Source: Octopus bimaculoides (Eukaryota). From it: 47,114 nt of DNA. Shown one piece after another: positions 24,064 through 36,205 of this stretch; position 1 is the stretch's first letter, and every line of letters starts with the position of its first letter. The stretch is from NCBI RefSeq assembly GCF_001194135.2, contig NC_068991.1, forward strand, positions 21,785,399 through 21,832,512, in the 5' to 3' direction. The notes under the pieces are model-generated. The model had not been told where the DNA came from. It was given only the letters and a program-made list of their open reading frames with translations, and made no database searches. The position numbers were made by a program, and so were the translations under genes.

Positions 24064-24150
24064 CATTTCCCATCTTGGCACAAGACCAGTGATTTCAGGG
24101 GAGGGCTAAGTAAATTACATCTACCCTAGAGTTCAACTGGTTCTTATTTT
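23010..24150 (-). mobile_element. Chain of about 5 SINE-A copies on the minus strand separated by (AAT)/(AAC) tracts
   Basis: Reverse complements of SINE-A at about 23010-23175, 23190-23415, 23565-23760, 23762-23995 and 24060-24150. Confidence 0.88.
23421..23566 (-). mobile_element. Young RTE 3' fragment nested between SINE-A copies
   Basis: (CAT)n-CGTTTAACGTCCGCTTTCC..GGATGCCCTTCCTAAT. Confidence 0.9.
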
Positions 24151-24169
24151 AATGATAATGATAATGTAG

Positions 24170-24390
24170 GAGATCAGTGTGTAGCAAAACGTTTGTGCTA
24201 ATGAATTGTTGAGTCTTTTGATCACGTTCTTTTACATTCTGAGTTCAGATGTATCCTACCATGGGTCAACTTTGCATTTCATTGATTTGACTTGCTAAAA
24301 TAAAAACTAGTCAAGTCACTGTGATTGATTTAATTGATTGCTGCTTCTGCATGATTTCTGGTTTGGTGCCAATGTTGTTGAAATTAATAA
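24170..24390 (+). mobile_element. SINE-A copy, degenerate
   Basis: TTCTTTACATTCTGAGTTCAGAT..GGTCAACTTTGC..TTGGTGCC. Confidence 0.65.
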
Positions 24391-24439
24391 TAAAATAGGA
24401 GAAAGAAACAGGAACTGAACAAAGTAGTATTCCATGAGC

Positions 24440-24598
24440 AAAAGTAAAATATTTTAGAGCAGTATTCCTTTCTGCACTTCAGATTGTAAGATCAGCTCCT
24501 GGTCCTGGTGACAATCTTGACCGGTACCTTGTGCTTTCCATGCATTTTTCATGAAAGAATACCTTAATATTCTTTCGCTTCTTGTTGACTTCCATCAG
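24440..24598 (-). mobile_element. Probable degenerate R4/Dong fragment starting at an (AAT)n tract
   Basis: Minus frames give KMHGKH and HQDQELILQSEVQKGIL, resembling the post-RT KxMHG..AQDQxL segment of R4/Dong ORFs. Confidence 0.4.
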
Positions 24599-24599
24599 A

Positions 24600-24657
<58 letters not shown>

Positions 24658-24740
24658 ATTATTATTATTATTATTTGTTGTTGTTGTTGTTGTTGTTGTT
24701 GTTCTTCTTCTTCTTCTTCTTCTTCTTCACCATCACCATC
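24599..24740. repeat. Compound (ATT)n-(GTT)n-(CTT)n-(CAC/CAT) microsatellite
   Basis: Read directly. Confidence 0.95.
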
Positions 24741-24974
24741 TTATGGTTTACATAGAGAATGAGAGGGAAACTTGACCTTAGTGAGACTTGCTTTCAATAA
24801 CTAAGAAGCCAGAACAAATACCACAAGGCATTTGTCCAATCCCCCCCCCCCCCAATCAATGATTTTGTCAATTTCCCACCTTAGTGTAACATAAATACAA
24901 GGAATAAATTCCATCTTGAGTCAGCCTACACACATTTCTTTCTGGGACAAATCTTGGCCAAAGTATGCAAGAAA

Positions 24975-25400
24975 ATCATCATCATCACTATCATTATCCT
25001 TTAACGTCCGTTTTCTATGCTGGCATGGGTTGGACAGTTTGACCAGAGTTGGCAAGCAGGAGAGCTGCACCAGGTTCCAGTTTGATTTAGCTTGGTTTCT
25101 ATGGCTGGATTCCCTTCTTAAAGCCAACCACTTTACAGCCAGTGTGTGCTGGGTGCATTTAACATGGCACTGACATGAGTACTTTTACATGGCACTGGCA
25201 CAGGGCTCTTGCAGGCCATTCCCTTTCATCAGGAGAAGTGACCTTAACGTTTCTGCTGTGGAGGTTCTTCTGGGGTACAGCAAGGTTCCAAATAACTTGG
25301 TCCTTTGTTATCTCCCCTGAAAGGCTCAGTGTCCCAAGGTCATCCTTCAGTACTTTGTCCCTGTCTTCCTGAGTCTTCCTCTTCCACAAGTTCCATCCAT
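24975..25400 (-). mobile_element. RTE LINE 3' end (ORF2 terminus plus UTR plus GAT tail)
   Basis: ORF 25159..25443 segment DKVLKDDLGTLSLSGEITKDQVIW is contiguous with the recurrent UTR, which defines the sense orientation of all copies. Confidence 0.88.
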
Positions 25401-25529
25401 TACAGTTAACTCCCTTTAAATAATTACTTTCATATGTTGACATGTTTTAATGTACTCTGGATTGATGAACTAATTAGTTCTATACTCTTTCCATCCAGGC
25501 ATTTATACACTATCTGCTGATTCATCTCT

Positions 25530-25940
25530 CTTTTCTCTCTTTTACTTGTTTCAGTCATTCGACTGCGGCCATGCTGGAGCACCGCCTTTAGTTGAGCAAG
25601 TCAACCCCAGGACTTATTCTTTGGAAGCCTAGTACTTATTCTATCGGTCTCTTTTGCCAAACTGCTAAGTTACGGGGACGTAAACACACCAGCATCGGTT
25701 GTCAAGCGATGCTGGAGGGGACAAACACAGACACACAAACACATACACACACATACACACATATATATATACATATATACGACGGGCTACTTTCAGTTTC
25801 TGTCTACCAAATCCACTCACAAGGCTTTGGTCGGCCCGAGGCTATAGTAGAAGACACTAGCCCAAGGTGCCACGCAGTGAGAATGAACCCGGAACCATGT
25901 GGTCGGTAAGTAAGCTACTTACCACACAGTCACTCCTGCG
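25530..25940 (-). mobile_element. SINE-B, full-length young copy
   Basis: Complete reverse complement of the SINE-B consensus, CpGs retained. Confidence 0.93.
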
Positions 25941-26859
25941 ACTACTCATCACTTAGAAGTTTTGGTACCTATTTCCAACAAAAATTATGAGAAAGGTTGT
26001 CTGCAGAATGCAGTGTCATGCCCAGAGTCACTGGAACATTTTTGTTAGGTTCTTCAGCTGCTTGTGCCTAACTGAACATAATTAAACTTTCACCTTCATA
26101 AATATTTTCTTGATATGCTTACCTTGATAACATTTCTCATGCTCCCTTCAAATAGATCCTTATTTGAACATGATGTGTTCATCTGCTGTAAGTCATTTTA
26201 GGGGCTCATCTGAATAAGCCAACACCTGCTGTTTTATAAAGGGGTGTTGCTCTGTCTATTTGGTGTGTGTGTGTGCGTGCACATGCGCGTGTACACACAC
26301 ATTATATGTATTTGTGTGCTACTGTGTGAAATTGTGTTTATGGATGTGTGTTGTGTGCTCACACTGGGTGTGTGTGAGTTGTGTGTACATTGAAAGCTAG
26401 CTCTCTCTCGCTCTCTCTCTCTATATATATATATAAATATGCATCCTGAAAGTGTGTATATGTGATTATCGTGCATGCATAGTATATGTGCATTTTCTTT
26501 ATGTTTTATGTATATAGGAAGTACAGTTACCTGCTGCACTCAGCCCAATTAGTTATTCATAAATAGATAAAAGTTTGCAAGCAGATGAAATAAACAATTT
26601 TGCTATGAGGCAGAGCTCTTCCATGACTTCATATATTCATATGTTACTCATTGCTTCATGAAGATGGGGATGTTATCATTTTATATTTTAAGTTGTTGTA
26701 CTGAGTTCAGATCTTCCTTTGATTGCTGCTTGGAGGGAGATGAACTTAGTCAAATTGAATTACCTGAGATTCATGATCACAGGAAGCGAAGGTTTTCAAA
26801 GGAAACTCCGACAACCCATAACTCAGGAAACTCACCCACATGTCCACATTCACAGACAT

Positions 26860-27020
26860 GTCTTTCATCTTTTATCCTTTACTTGTTTCAATCATTAGAT
26901 TGTAGCCACGCTGGAGCATCACTTTAAAGAGTTTTAGTCAAACGAACCAACCCCAATACTTATTTCTTTTTAGGCCTGGCACTTATTTTGTTGGTTTCTT
27001 TTGCCGAACTACTAAGTTCA
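26860..27020 (-). mobile_element. SINE-B 3' part
   Basis: TTTTACTTGTTTCAATCATTAGA..GCTGGAGCA..TTTTGCCGAACT.CTAAGT. Confidence 0.8.
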
Positions 27021-27075
27021 TATCTACATTAAGAAAACCACTCTCTTACACAACCATACATCTATATCTCACATA

Positions 27076-27126
<51 letters not shown>

Positions 27127-27459
27127 NNNNNNNNNNNNNNNNNNNNNNNNNNNNNNNNNNNNNNNNNNNNNNNNNNNNNNNNNNNNNNNNNNNNNNNNNN
27201 NNNNNNNNNNNNNNNNNNNNNNNNNNNNNNNNNNNNNNNNNNNNNNNNNNNNNNNNNNNNNNNNNNNNNNNNNNNNNNNNNNNNNNNNNNNNNNNNNNNN
27301 NNNNNNNNNNNNNNNNNNNNNNNNNNNNNNNNNNNNNNNNNNNNNNNNNNNNNNNNNNNNNNNNNNNNNNNNNNNNNNNNNNNNNNNNNNNNNNNNNNNN
27401 NNNNNNNNNNNNNNNNNNNNNNNNNNNNNNNNNNNNNATATATATATATATATATATAA

Positions 27460-28175
27460 TAAACTTATTGTATACAGTGCTCAGGTGCTCTACAACTCAT
27501 CAGAAAAGATAGCCAAAAGTTCTTGTACAGTACATAGAATAATACACAAAAAAGTCAGGAAAGTGAACAGTGAACAAGTCATTTAAAAAAAAGCAAAAAG
27601 AAGAGAACATCAAGTGTAGTTTTGATGAATTTCAGGAAGCATGAAAGTTTTGAAGGATGTAGTGTCTTGACAGCTAACAAATGATGTGGGTAGTTTAATC
27701 CACACTTCAGCAATTCTGAACATGAAAAGACATTTTCAAAAGTCATGGATGCTCTACTGTTTTCTGATTTTGTGAACATGTCCAGAGGTGTGAGATATAT
27801 TGAATTCAAAAAGGTGCCTAAGATTGTTGCTAGAAAAATGGTGGATAACCTTGTTGGTGTCCGTGGAGTCAGTTGCTTGGCATTGGAGCTTTAATGTGTC
27901 CATGCCCAGGGAAGCAAGACGTTCAGAATATGGTAGATGTCTGAGGGTGGGTATTTACTTGGCGGCACTTTTCTGAAGAGTTTCTGGGTGATGCAAACTC
28001 TAAGTATGGAGGTTCTTTAGCCATATATAGCTTTAGATAGATAGATGGAGAAAAGCTGACAAAGATCTTACTGAGTGATGCTAAGACATCCTAGGCCTTC
28101 TTGACAATTTTAGAAACGGCAATTTGTCCAATGCAAATTGCTGTTGACAATAATGCCCAGGTCATGTTCACTAGC
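27460..28175 (-). mobile_element. CR1 LINE 3' fragment (ORF2 end plus UTR)
   Basis: Minus translation EHDLGIIVNSNLHW..VSKIVKKA*DVLASLSKIF..YLEFASP..IPTLRHLPYSERLASLGMDTLK matches the CR1 EKDLG..LEYAS..LPYxERLxxLGL motifs. Confidence 0.88.
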
Positions 28176-28222
28176 AGATTTCTTAAGATTAGTATTGTTT
28201 GTGGAGGGAGTACATAAAAGCT

Positions 28223-28606
28223 GACATGGCTATGTGGTAAGAAGCTTGCTTTACAATGACAGGATTCTGGGTTCAGTCCCACTGCATGGCACTTTGGGTA
28301 AGTGTCTTCTGTTATAGCCTTGGTCTGACCAAGGCCTTGTGAGAGGATTTGGTAGACAGAAACTGAAAGAAGCCCATCATATATATATACTTATATATAT
28401 GTGTCTTTGTGCCTGTTTGTCCCCCTGTCATTGCTTGACGATCGATGTTAGTGTGTTTATGCTCGTCTCAGCAAAAGAGACCAATAGGTTAAGTACTAGG
28501 CTTACAAAGAATAAGTCCTGGGGTGGATTTCTTCAACTAAAACCCTTTAAGGTGGTGCTCCAGCATGGCCGCAGTCAAATGACTGAAACAAGTAAAATAA
28601 TAAAAG
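28223..28606 (+). mobile_element. SINE-B, full length
   Basis: Head, CORE-like TTTGGGTAAGTGTC block and 3' end CAGCATGGCCGCAGTCAAATGACTGAAACAAG. Confidence 0.92.
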
Positions 28607-28625
28607 AATATACATATGTACACAT

Positions 28626-28667
<42 letters not shown>

Positions 28668-29144
28668 ACACATACATGGAAATCAAAAGAATACTAAAAC
28701 GCACACCTGTCTAGTTTGCCAAATGAACCGTGTAGAGAAATAACCTAACAACTGTGACTGTCATTTTACCTCAGGTCCTTTCAGTCATCATATTTGAAGG
28801 TGTACTATGAAATGAGAAAAAGGGGTAGGAAGAGGATGACTGTTTAAGGAGGGGGAGTAGGGGAAAAGGAAAGAGAAAAGAATAACAAAAGGTTTTTCCC
28901 ATGTGGGGTTTTATTTCGCAAAGGGAACAATGATGTGTTGCTTAGTAACACTTCATTTTAGGGGTATGCCTGAGTAAGGGAACACCTGCTGTTATATAAA
29001 GGGATGTGTGTATGTGTTCGTTTGTGTGTGTTTGCATGTGCATGTGTTCTTTGTGTGAACATTGTGTATGTGTGTATGTGTGCACATTGTGTGAATGTAC
29101 ATTGTGTGTGTGCATTTTCTGTGCTTCATGTATGCATGTTGCTG

Positions 29145-29330
29145 TTTAGCTGTAGGTCAGTTATGATTGAACAGAATTATGATAAAAGGCATTCCAGCCG
29201 TGACCATCCCAACAGTTTGTTAACATAGGGATTATATTGTTCAACGTATCCTTTATTTAAAATTGTAGCATTTAATTAGTGAGAGATTTGGTTTCTATTT
29301 TTAGCAGACTGAGTGACTATATAGAGATGC
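29145..29330 (+). repeat. Dispersed repeat family X copy
   Basis: ATGATAAAAGGCATTCCAGCCGTGACCATCCC..GAGAGATTTGG.TTCTATTT.TAGC. Confidence 0.6.
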
Positions 29331-29633
29331 ATTTTGCATGTGTATGTTTGTGTGTGTATGTGATTGTAATTAAAAGTTCCTAATCATTGAATTATTTTCT
29401 TTGTGAAGCAGACTGTATTAGTAGTAACAATATAGTTGGGATGTGGAGTGGTGTGATGCTGAGAACAGGAATATGGTATGGTGTAGTGTAGAGATTAAGA
29501 ATTCGTCATGGTTTGCTCTAGTGTATTGCATAGATGAGGATATGGTGCAGAGTGGTGTGCTTTAGTATAATGCAGAATATGAAGTGGAGCTATGTTTGAA
29601 AAAGCTCCAAAATACCAAATTTTTTTTTTTCAG

Positions 29634-29717
29634 ATATAATGTCCCAGAAAACATTTTGAAGGTTGCCTGGAATTGTACAGTTGTTGCAAGTTTTGTTGGT
29701 ATTGGCATCTCTGGAAA
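29634..29717 (+). CDS. Candidate 84-nt internal exon (phase 2/2), product unknown
   Basis: Acceptor T11-CAG at 29620-29633, open frame YNVPENILKVAWNCTVVASFVGIGISGK and donor AAA|GTAACT at 29718; no homology recognised. Confidence 0.22.
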
Positions 29718-29842
29718 GTAACTTCAACACTTCACCTGCCCTAGGGTGGATGAAAGTGTCAGGAGTAGATTTGTTTTGGTGAAAGCTAGGCTTCCCAAAA
29801 TGAAATTGTTACAAGTTATATGATACTGGATTAGCATCAAAT

Positions 29843-29950
29843 CTATATATATATACTTCATATATATACTTGATATATATACTTGATATATATACTTGAT
29901 ATATATACTTCATATATATACTTCATATATATACTTCATATATACTTCAT
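29843..29950. repeat. About 13-bp tandem repeat TATATATACTT(C/G)A x about 8
   Basis: Read directly. Confidence 0.9.
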
Positions 29951-30000
29951 AGTATACGCATATAACCTGCGCTATCTAAATGTTAAAACAAAATAAGTGA

Positions 30001-30325
30001 AGGCACATGGCTCAGTGGTTAGGGTATTTAGCTCATGATTGTAAGGTTGTGAGTTTGATTGCTGGGGGGTGCATTGTGTCCTTGAGCAAGGCACTTTATT
30101 TCATGTTGCCCCAGTCCACTCAGCTGACAAAAATGAGTTGTATTTGTAATTTAAAAGGTCAGCCTTGTCACATTCTGTGTCACACGTAATCTCCCTTACA
30201 ACTGTGTTAAGGGTATGTGTATCTGTGGAGTACTCAACCACTTGAACATTAACTTCATGAGTAGGCTGTTCTGTTGATCAGATTAACTGGAACCCTCATA
30301 ATCATAACTGGCAGAGTGCCAGTTA
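30001..30325 (+). mobile_element. tRNA-derived SINE, third family
   Basis: TGGCTCAGTGGTT A-box, GTGAGTTTGATT B-box and GTGTCCTTGAGCAAGGCACTT block; a partial copy lies at 44700-44825 on the minus strand. Confidence 0.82.
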
Positions 30326-30984
30326 AATGTCTATGAAGAACATATTAGACTTGAGTCTCAGGCCATGTTGTTCTGTTCTCTAAATCACTTCCATATTTCT
30401 GCTCTCTACTGTAAATACACAATCATTTCAAAATAAAGAAAAAAAGAAAATTAAAATATGAAACACTTCTAACTCCAAGCATTTTGGATAAAGGGTTACC
30501 ATCTCTCATATAACAGCATGTGTATGTTTACATATAATACTATGTGTAACTTTCAAATGTCCCAGACCATCTAGCTGCAACTTTATATCACCAGCAGAGG
30601 CAGTAGTAGCAGCACTATAAAATTGATGAATGTTTCATTAGGTTGCTGCTCTAGGTTTAACTGTACCCATTGGCCAGTGATGATAACAAGACAGAAAAAC
30701 AACTCCAATATTCATTTTCAGACCAGACTGCCCTTGTTTAGTCCAGATCCAGTGATCTGGATCTGGACTCCTTGGCTGTGATTAAGGGCTGTGTTTGACA
30801 ACTGATCTGCTACAGCCCTATACCACATTACAGTCTTTATACTCTGGCATCCACCACCAGGTTGATATCTCTCTCTTGATTTTGAGGATCCCAAGAAAGT
30901 ATAAATAGGTATTTAGGTGTCTATATATGAATATTTGTTCTGTATGCATTCAATGTATGTGCACATTTGGGATTTGTATCTGTG

Positions 30985-31063
<79 letters not shown>

Positions 31064-31502
31064 TGTTTGTTTTCTGTATATCTACCCTTTATTGCAATCC
31101 TCCGGCTCATTAGTAAGTAATGTCTTTCCAATTTTGCTACAGTCAAATTTAGAAAATATTATCAAGTCTGTAAATCTCTCTAAGCAAACCCTTCTTTTCT
31201 TTGTTATTTTCCTTTCTTCTTTTCTCCACCCTTACTACTAATAAGTAGAAAGCACCACCAACACCACCGACCCAATTCTCTGTATACAAATATGTGCAGT
31301 CTGTTTATATAGCAGTAAATATTTGTCATATCAAGATAACTCTGTGGATAACTGGAAGCCATATCACCATCTCACTGGACCCTGATAACATCTTTGGCTA
31401 ACTTAACTTCATAAATTGTTTTCACCTGCTTAATTACACAGTAACAGAAGGAGGAGGTGTACTAAGCTTATATGTACATACACATTAGATATATACACAA
31501 CG

Positions 31503-31760
31503 CTAGAGCTTTTATCAAACCCAGAAAGATGTAAAGGAAGGTTGATTTCAACTGGATTTAATCTCAGAATGTTGAAGGTATGCAACTAAATGCTGCAAGG
31601 CATTTTGCTCACCATTCTCCCAAATTCTGTTCCATTTTAATTGGCGCAAAGCCAAAATTTGTAAGAAACAAGATTTAATAATTGAACCAAACCAAATATA
31701 TAACTAGTATCAATTTTTATCAATTCCTTAAGGATGAAAAGCAGAGTGAACTCCTGCAAA
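31503..31760 (-). mobile_element. Two degenerate partial SINE-A copies
   Basis: AAAGATGTAAAGGAAGGTTGA..CTCAGAA..GCATTTTGC and AAGGATGAAAAGC matches. Confidence 0.55.
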
Positions 31761-31893
31761 ATTTCAATCACTAAGGGAGTAGAAAGGCAAATATGGTAAG
31801 GTTTTTAATTTCATGCTGTGCCATTTCTGGAATTTCACTGTCTTGGTCTGATGCTTTTCATTCATTTTTTTTTTTTCTGATTAAGTAAAAGAT

Positions 31894-31932
<39 letters not shown>

Positions 31933-32267
31933 GTAAAGAAGAAGAAATGAGATGCTAGGATTTTCATGCTTTTCTAAAAGACATTAGCACTGTAACAGAA
32001 AGAAATGAACTCAAAAGAAAATCAAAACTGGGTCATAGAGCTTCCACCCACCTTGTGATTGCCTCTGAGCCTACAGCAGTGAACTTGGTCTGTGTTTTAA
32101 AGTTAAGCTATGAATAGGGTTGCAGATTGGCAGAACTGATAGAGCAATTAATAAAGTGCCTTGTGGTATTTGGTTACATCTCAAATAGATATTTATACCA
32201 ATGAATAGTTAGTGTAATTGATTTTCTCTATAGTAAAGAATTACTCTGAATAACTTATATCATTGTC

Positions 32268-32700
32268 CTCCTCCTCATCATCACTTTATCATTTTAGACC
32301 TACTTTCCTTGTTGGCCTGGGTTGGGACAGGTTGTCATAATCTGAGTCTGCTCTTATTCAGAATTATTGTTCTTCTAGATCAATTAAGGACCATGTTTTG
32401 TTTATACATTTTTCTCTTGGTCTCTACAGCTTCCCATTTCTAACATTGATCTCTTTATAGAGCATATTGGGTACATTTTAGCATGTCACTGACCCATAAG
32501 AGATTGTCCACATTCTCTACCAGGCTGAAGGATCCTTTTGACCATGTGTTGTCTCTTCTTGATCAGTAATCACTTTACAGTGTGTATTTGGTGTATTTCA
32601 TAATGACACCAGCTTTAATGAAGTTGACTTCTACCCCATAAGACTAAAAAGCCTTCACTACTTTATGCTGTGCCATTTTCTCAATGCAAAATGACCAAGA
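32268..32700 (-). mobile_element. Very old RTE 3' UTR-like fragment
   Basis: CATCATCA..TTTTAGACCTACTTTCCTTG.TGGCCTGGGTTGG resembles the RTE UTR terminus. Confidence 0.45.
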
Positions 32701-33269
32701 GCGTAGGCAGCAGACAGTGATAACAGAAGAAAATTAGGACAATCGTGAGAAGGTTACAAGAGTATAATGGTAGAGACAAAATGACTGTGGTAAGGGCTAA
32801 GAGAGGAAGAGAGAGAGAGGACATGTTGACTGTTACTTCAGAAGGTGGTGGGGAGTGTATTGAGTACAGGGTAGTGGTAGAAGGAATTGAGGACAGGTAG
32901 GTACAATGGCATGGCACTGTAAGAGGAAAGTAGATGAGTGTTAGAAAAATGATGGCTAGACAAGTCTAGTGATGACTACAGAGGATGCATGATACAATGA
33001 ATAAGAGAGATTCACTAATATCTTTAGTTACACTGGCAACATATTTCAGTGACGAGAGAGAGAAAATGTGGGAGAGAGAGGATAAAAGGTGTGTGATATA
33101 CTGATGAATAATAGGGTGGTAAGTGGTTATCAAGAGGCAGAGCAGGTAGCAGATGGATACTCAACAGGTACATGTTGGCTGAGAGATCCAAATATTGATA
33201 TATTATACTACCCAGCCTCCATCACAATCAACATTTCTATATTTGCTTCACCGTGCTTACACGAGCTGC

Positions 33270-33585
33270 TAGGTCCTCCCCAACACTGTTTGTTACCAAT
33301 CATCATGGTTTTTTGTCATCTTCTTCTTAAAGCTCTGCATCTTGAGATCAATCTTCACCACTTTATTACATATCTTCCGAGATTTCATTCTTCCACAGAT
33401 TCTGTCCACATCAAGCACCCTAAACTTCTTTATAAAACTGTCATCCTCTATTTGCATAACATGGCCATACCAGTGCAGTCTTCTCTTCTCTAGCACACAT
33501 CTTAGTCTGATTCTTCTTCTACATACTTTTTCTCTCACCTCATTCATACATGCTTACCTTACACATCCAGTAAAACTTACTTAAT
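33270..33585 (-). mobile_element. RTE ORF2 C-terminal fragment
   Basis: ORF 33293..33547: EKRRLHWYGHVMQIEDDSFIKK..CGRMKSRKICNKVVKIDL..MTKNHDDW. Confidence 0.9.
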
Positions 33586-34241
33586 TACCTCCATTGACAT
33601 TATGAATTCAAATCCCATTGAATATCACTTTGGTTTCACATCCTGCCCTTGGATTTATTTGGTTGTATATTTCTCCCAATAAAATTTCTATTGCGTAGCT
33701 TAATTTGATCACTTTAAGTTCATCTATGGCATGAAGGTTTCTGAATGAATGGTTACAAGCAACCTCTAATGTTCAGCAACACAATATATATACAAATATA
33801 AAATATCCAGTAAGTGGGTTGAACTTCAGTGAGCAGTGTTGTGGAGAACCTGCACATACCTGTAAGCATGGTGAGAAAAATTCTGAAACATTAGTAAAGA
33901 TGTAGATTGAGTAATAGTTCTCTCACCTAATATGTCCCTATTAAGCCTACATCTACTACCTGCCCTGTCTCTTGATACCTTCTCACCTTATTATTTATCT
34001 CTCTATATATCATTCACTCTCTCTTCTATTCACTGTACTATACTGCCTGCATAACTATGAACACCAGTCATTCTCTCCTTTCCTCTGAACCATGTTTCCT
34101 GTGCAAAGATCATTCGACCTGTCTTAACTGTCTCATCTCCAGTGTTCAGTTAGTGTTTCTAGGTGTGGCTATCCAGTTTTCTTTGTGTGAGTAGGTTGTT
34201 CTAAAACTTAGGACTTATAGAACAAGTGGTTCACAATTTAA

Positions 34242-34516
34242 TCCTTTTGCTATTTTCTGTTTAAATACACTGCTTTTGTTTCAATTAACTTTGAAAAAAA
34301 TGACAAATTTATTAAAATAACTTTGTCATTATTAAGCTGGTGTTTGGAGCATAAATTTACATAAAATTTTGAAGGAAGGTTTTAATTTGGTCACTTTAAA
34401 GCAAGAAGCATGTATCACAGAACATAAATTTACATAAAATTTTGATGGGAGATTTTAATTTAGATCACATTAAAATGAGAACCAGGACAATCTTGGGCAT
34501 GTTAGTATTAGTAAGA
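34242..34516. mobile_element. Second TTAA-flanked MITE family with an internal about 70-bp duplication
   Basis: TTAA at 34238-34241 and 34517-34520; ATAAATTTACATAAAATTTTGA occurs twice; related pieces at 18626 and 38310. Confidence 0.5.
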
Positions 34517-34818
34517 TTAAAGACAGTACTGCGGCCTGTCAAAAAAAGTTTGGTTTCCATGACAATCATTTCAAGTAACTATATTGAAACTTACTAGCTT
34601 GTAATATCAGCTGTTAGTGTAGAAAATGATGACATCATAGTGCTTATTCATATGACTGCTTTTAAGAATATTTGCCTTCATTGACCTCTGGCTAACAATA
34701 GCCATTCAAGAAATGTCCATAACAAATAACAAACCTCTAATCAAAATAATTGCTCCATGAGGAGGGATGATGATATATAGGTAAGAATGTCTTTTAAAGA
34801 GAAGGTAAAAAGCCTCTA

Positions 34819-34839
34819 TCACCACCACCACCACTACTG

Positions 34840-34878
<39 letters not shown>

Positions 34879-34902
34879 CCACCACCACCACCACCACCAC
34901 CA
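34819..34902. repeat. (CAC)n-(CAT)n-(CAC)n microsatellite
   Basis: Read directly. Confidence 0.95.
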
Positions 34903-35265
34903 CAACCTGTTTGTTTCAGAGGGATGTTACAGAGGACATACCAGTTTTACAAAAAAATATATGCTATACATGAGATTTTCTTTAGCTAATGAGCCAGCAT
35001 TCCACTTCCCCCTCCACTCATGACCATCAGCCAATAAACAGTTGACCACTTCCTGATGCTGCTCCTCTTATTAAGAAGCCTGATGTGAAAAAAAAATATC
35101 AACATTCTATTAGAAAAGTAAAGTGCACATTGATTTTTTTACAGAACAATGATCTCATGGGAGTGATAGTTTCCATTTGTACTGGTTCTTTATAAATGTG
35201 TGTGCGTGTGTGTGCATATGTATGCATGCTTATGTGTATGCATGTGTATGTGTGTGTGTATATAG

Positions 35266-35400
35266 GCACAGGCATGGCTGTGTGGTAAGAAACTTGCTTT
35301 CCAGCCGCATGGTTCCAGGTTCAGTCCCCCTGTGTGGCACTCATGCCAACCAAAGCCTTGTAAGTGAATTTGGTGGACAGAAACTGAAGGTGGCTCATCA
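35266..35400 (+). mobile_element. SINE-B 5' half with an internal deletion
   Basis: GCACAGGCATGGCTGTGTGGTAAG..GGTTCAGTCCC..CAGAAACTGAAG. Confidence 0.85.
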
Positions 35401-35402
35401 TG

Positions 35403-35446
<44 letters not shown>

Positions 35447-35891
35447 ATTAACTACCAACAAAAATAATTGGTAAGCTAACTCAAAAAATCATCACCAAAA
35501 TAGCAGAAAAAAACGACANNNNNNNNNNNNNNNNNNNNNNNNNNNNNNNNNNNNNNNNNNNNNNNNNNNNNNNNNNNNNNNNNNNNNNNNNNNNNNNNNN
35601 NNNNNNNNNNNNNNNNNNNNNNNNNNNNNNNNNNNNNNNNNNNNNNNNNNNNNNNNNNNNNNNNNNNNNNNNNNNNNNNNNNNNNNNNNNNNNNNNNNNN
35701 NNNNNNNNNNNNNNNNNNNNNNNNNNNNNNNNNNNNNNNNNNNNNNNNNNNNNNNNNNNNNNNNNNNNNNNNNNNNNNNNNNNNNNNNNNNNNNNNNNNN
35801 NNNNNNNNNNNNNNNNNNNNNNNNNNNNNNNNNNNNNNNNNNNNNNNNNNNNNNNNNNNNNNNNNNNNNNNNNNNNNNNNNNNNTATATAT

Positions 35892-35962
35892 ACATCATCA
35901 TCATCATCATCGTTTAACGTCCGTTTTCCATGCTGCCATGGGTTGGACAGTTTGACTGAGTT
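35892..35962 (-). mobile_element. Short RTE 3' terminus
   Basis: (CAT)n-CGTTTAACGTCCGTTTTCCATGCTGCCATGGGTTGGAC, next to (TA)n. Confidence 0.85.
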
Positions 35963-35989
35963 CTACACCAGGGGAAGCTTGTTATACAT

Positions 35990-36205
35990 GTGTGTATGTG
36001 TGTGTTTGTGTTCTCTACCCTGCTGCTTTACAATGGCTGTTGGTTTGTTTATGTCCCATGACTTTACAGTCTGGTAAAAAGAGACTGGTAGAAGAATCAC
36101 CAGACATAAAGTAAATACTGGGCTGATTTTATTCAACTAAACCCTTCAAGGCAGAGCCCAGCCTGGCCCCATTCCAGTGACTGAAATAAGTAGAAAAGTA
36201 AATAA
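35990..36205 (+). mobile_element. SINE-B 3' half, degenerate
   Basis: GGTAAAAAGAGACTG..CAACTAAACCCTTCAAGG..GTGACTGAAATAAG. Confidence 0.7.

Noticed and set aside
30677-30805. C/D box snoRNA
   Set aside because: C and D boxes are present, but there is no terminal stem and no rRNA-complementary guide I could identify; kept only as a hairpin observation.
33745-33895. Possible Tc1/mariner HTH remnant (TSVSSVVENLHIPVSMVRKILKH)
   Set aside because: Single short motif without a catalytic domain or TIRs.
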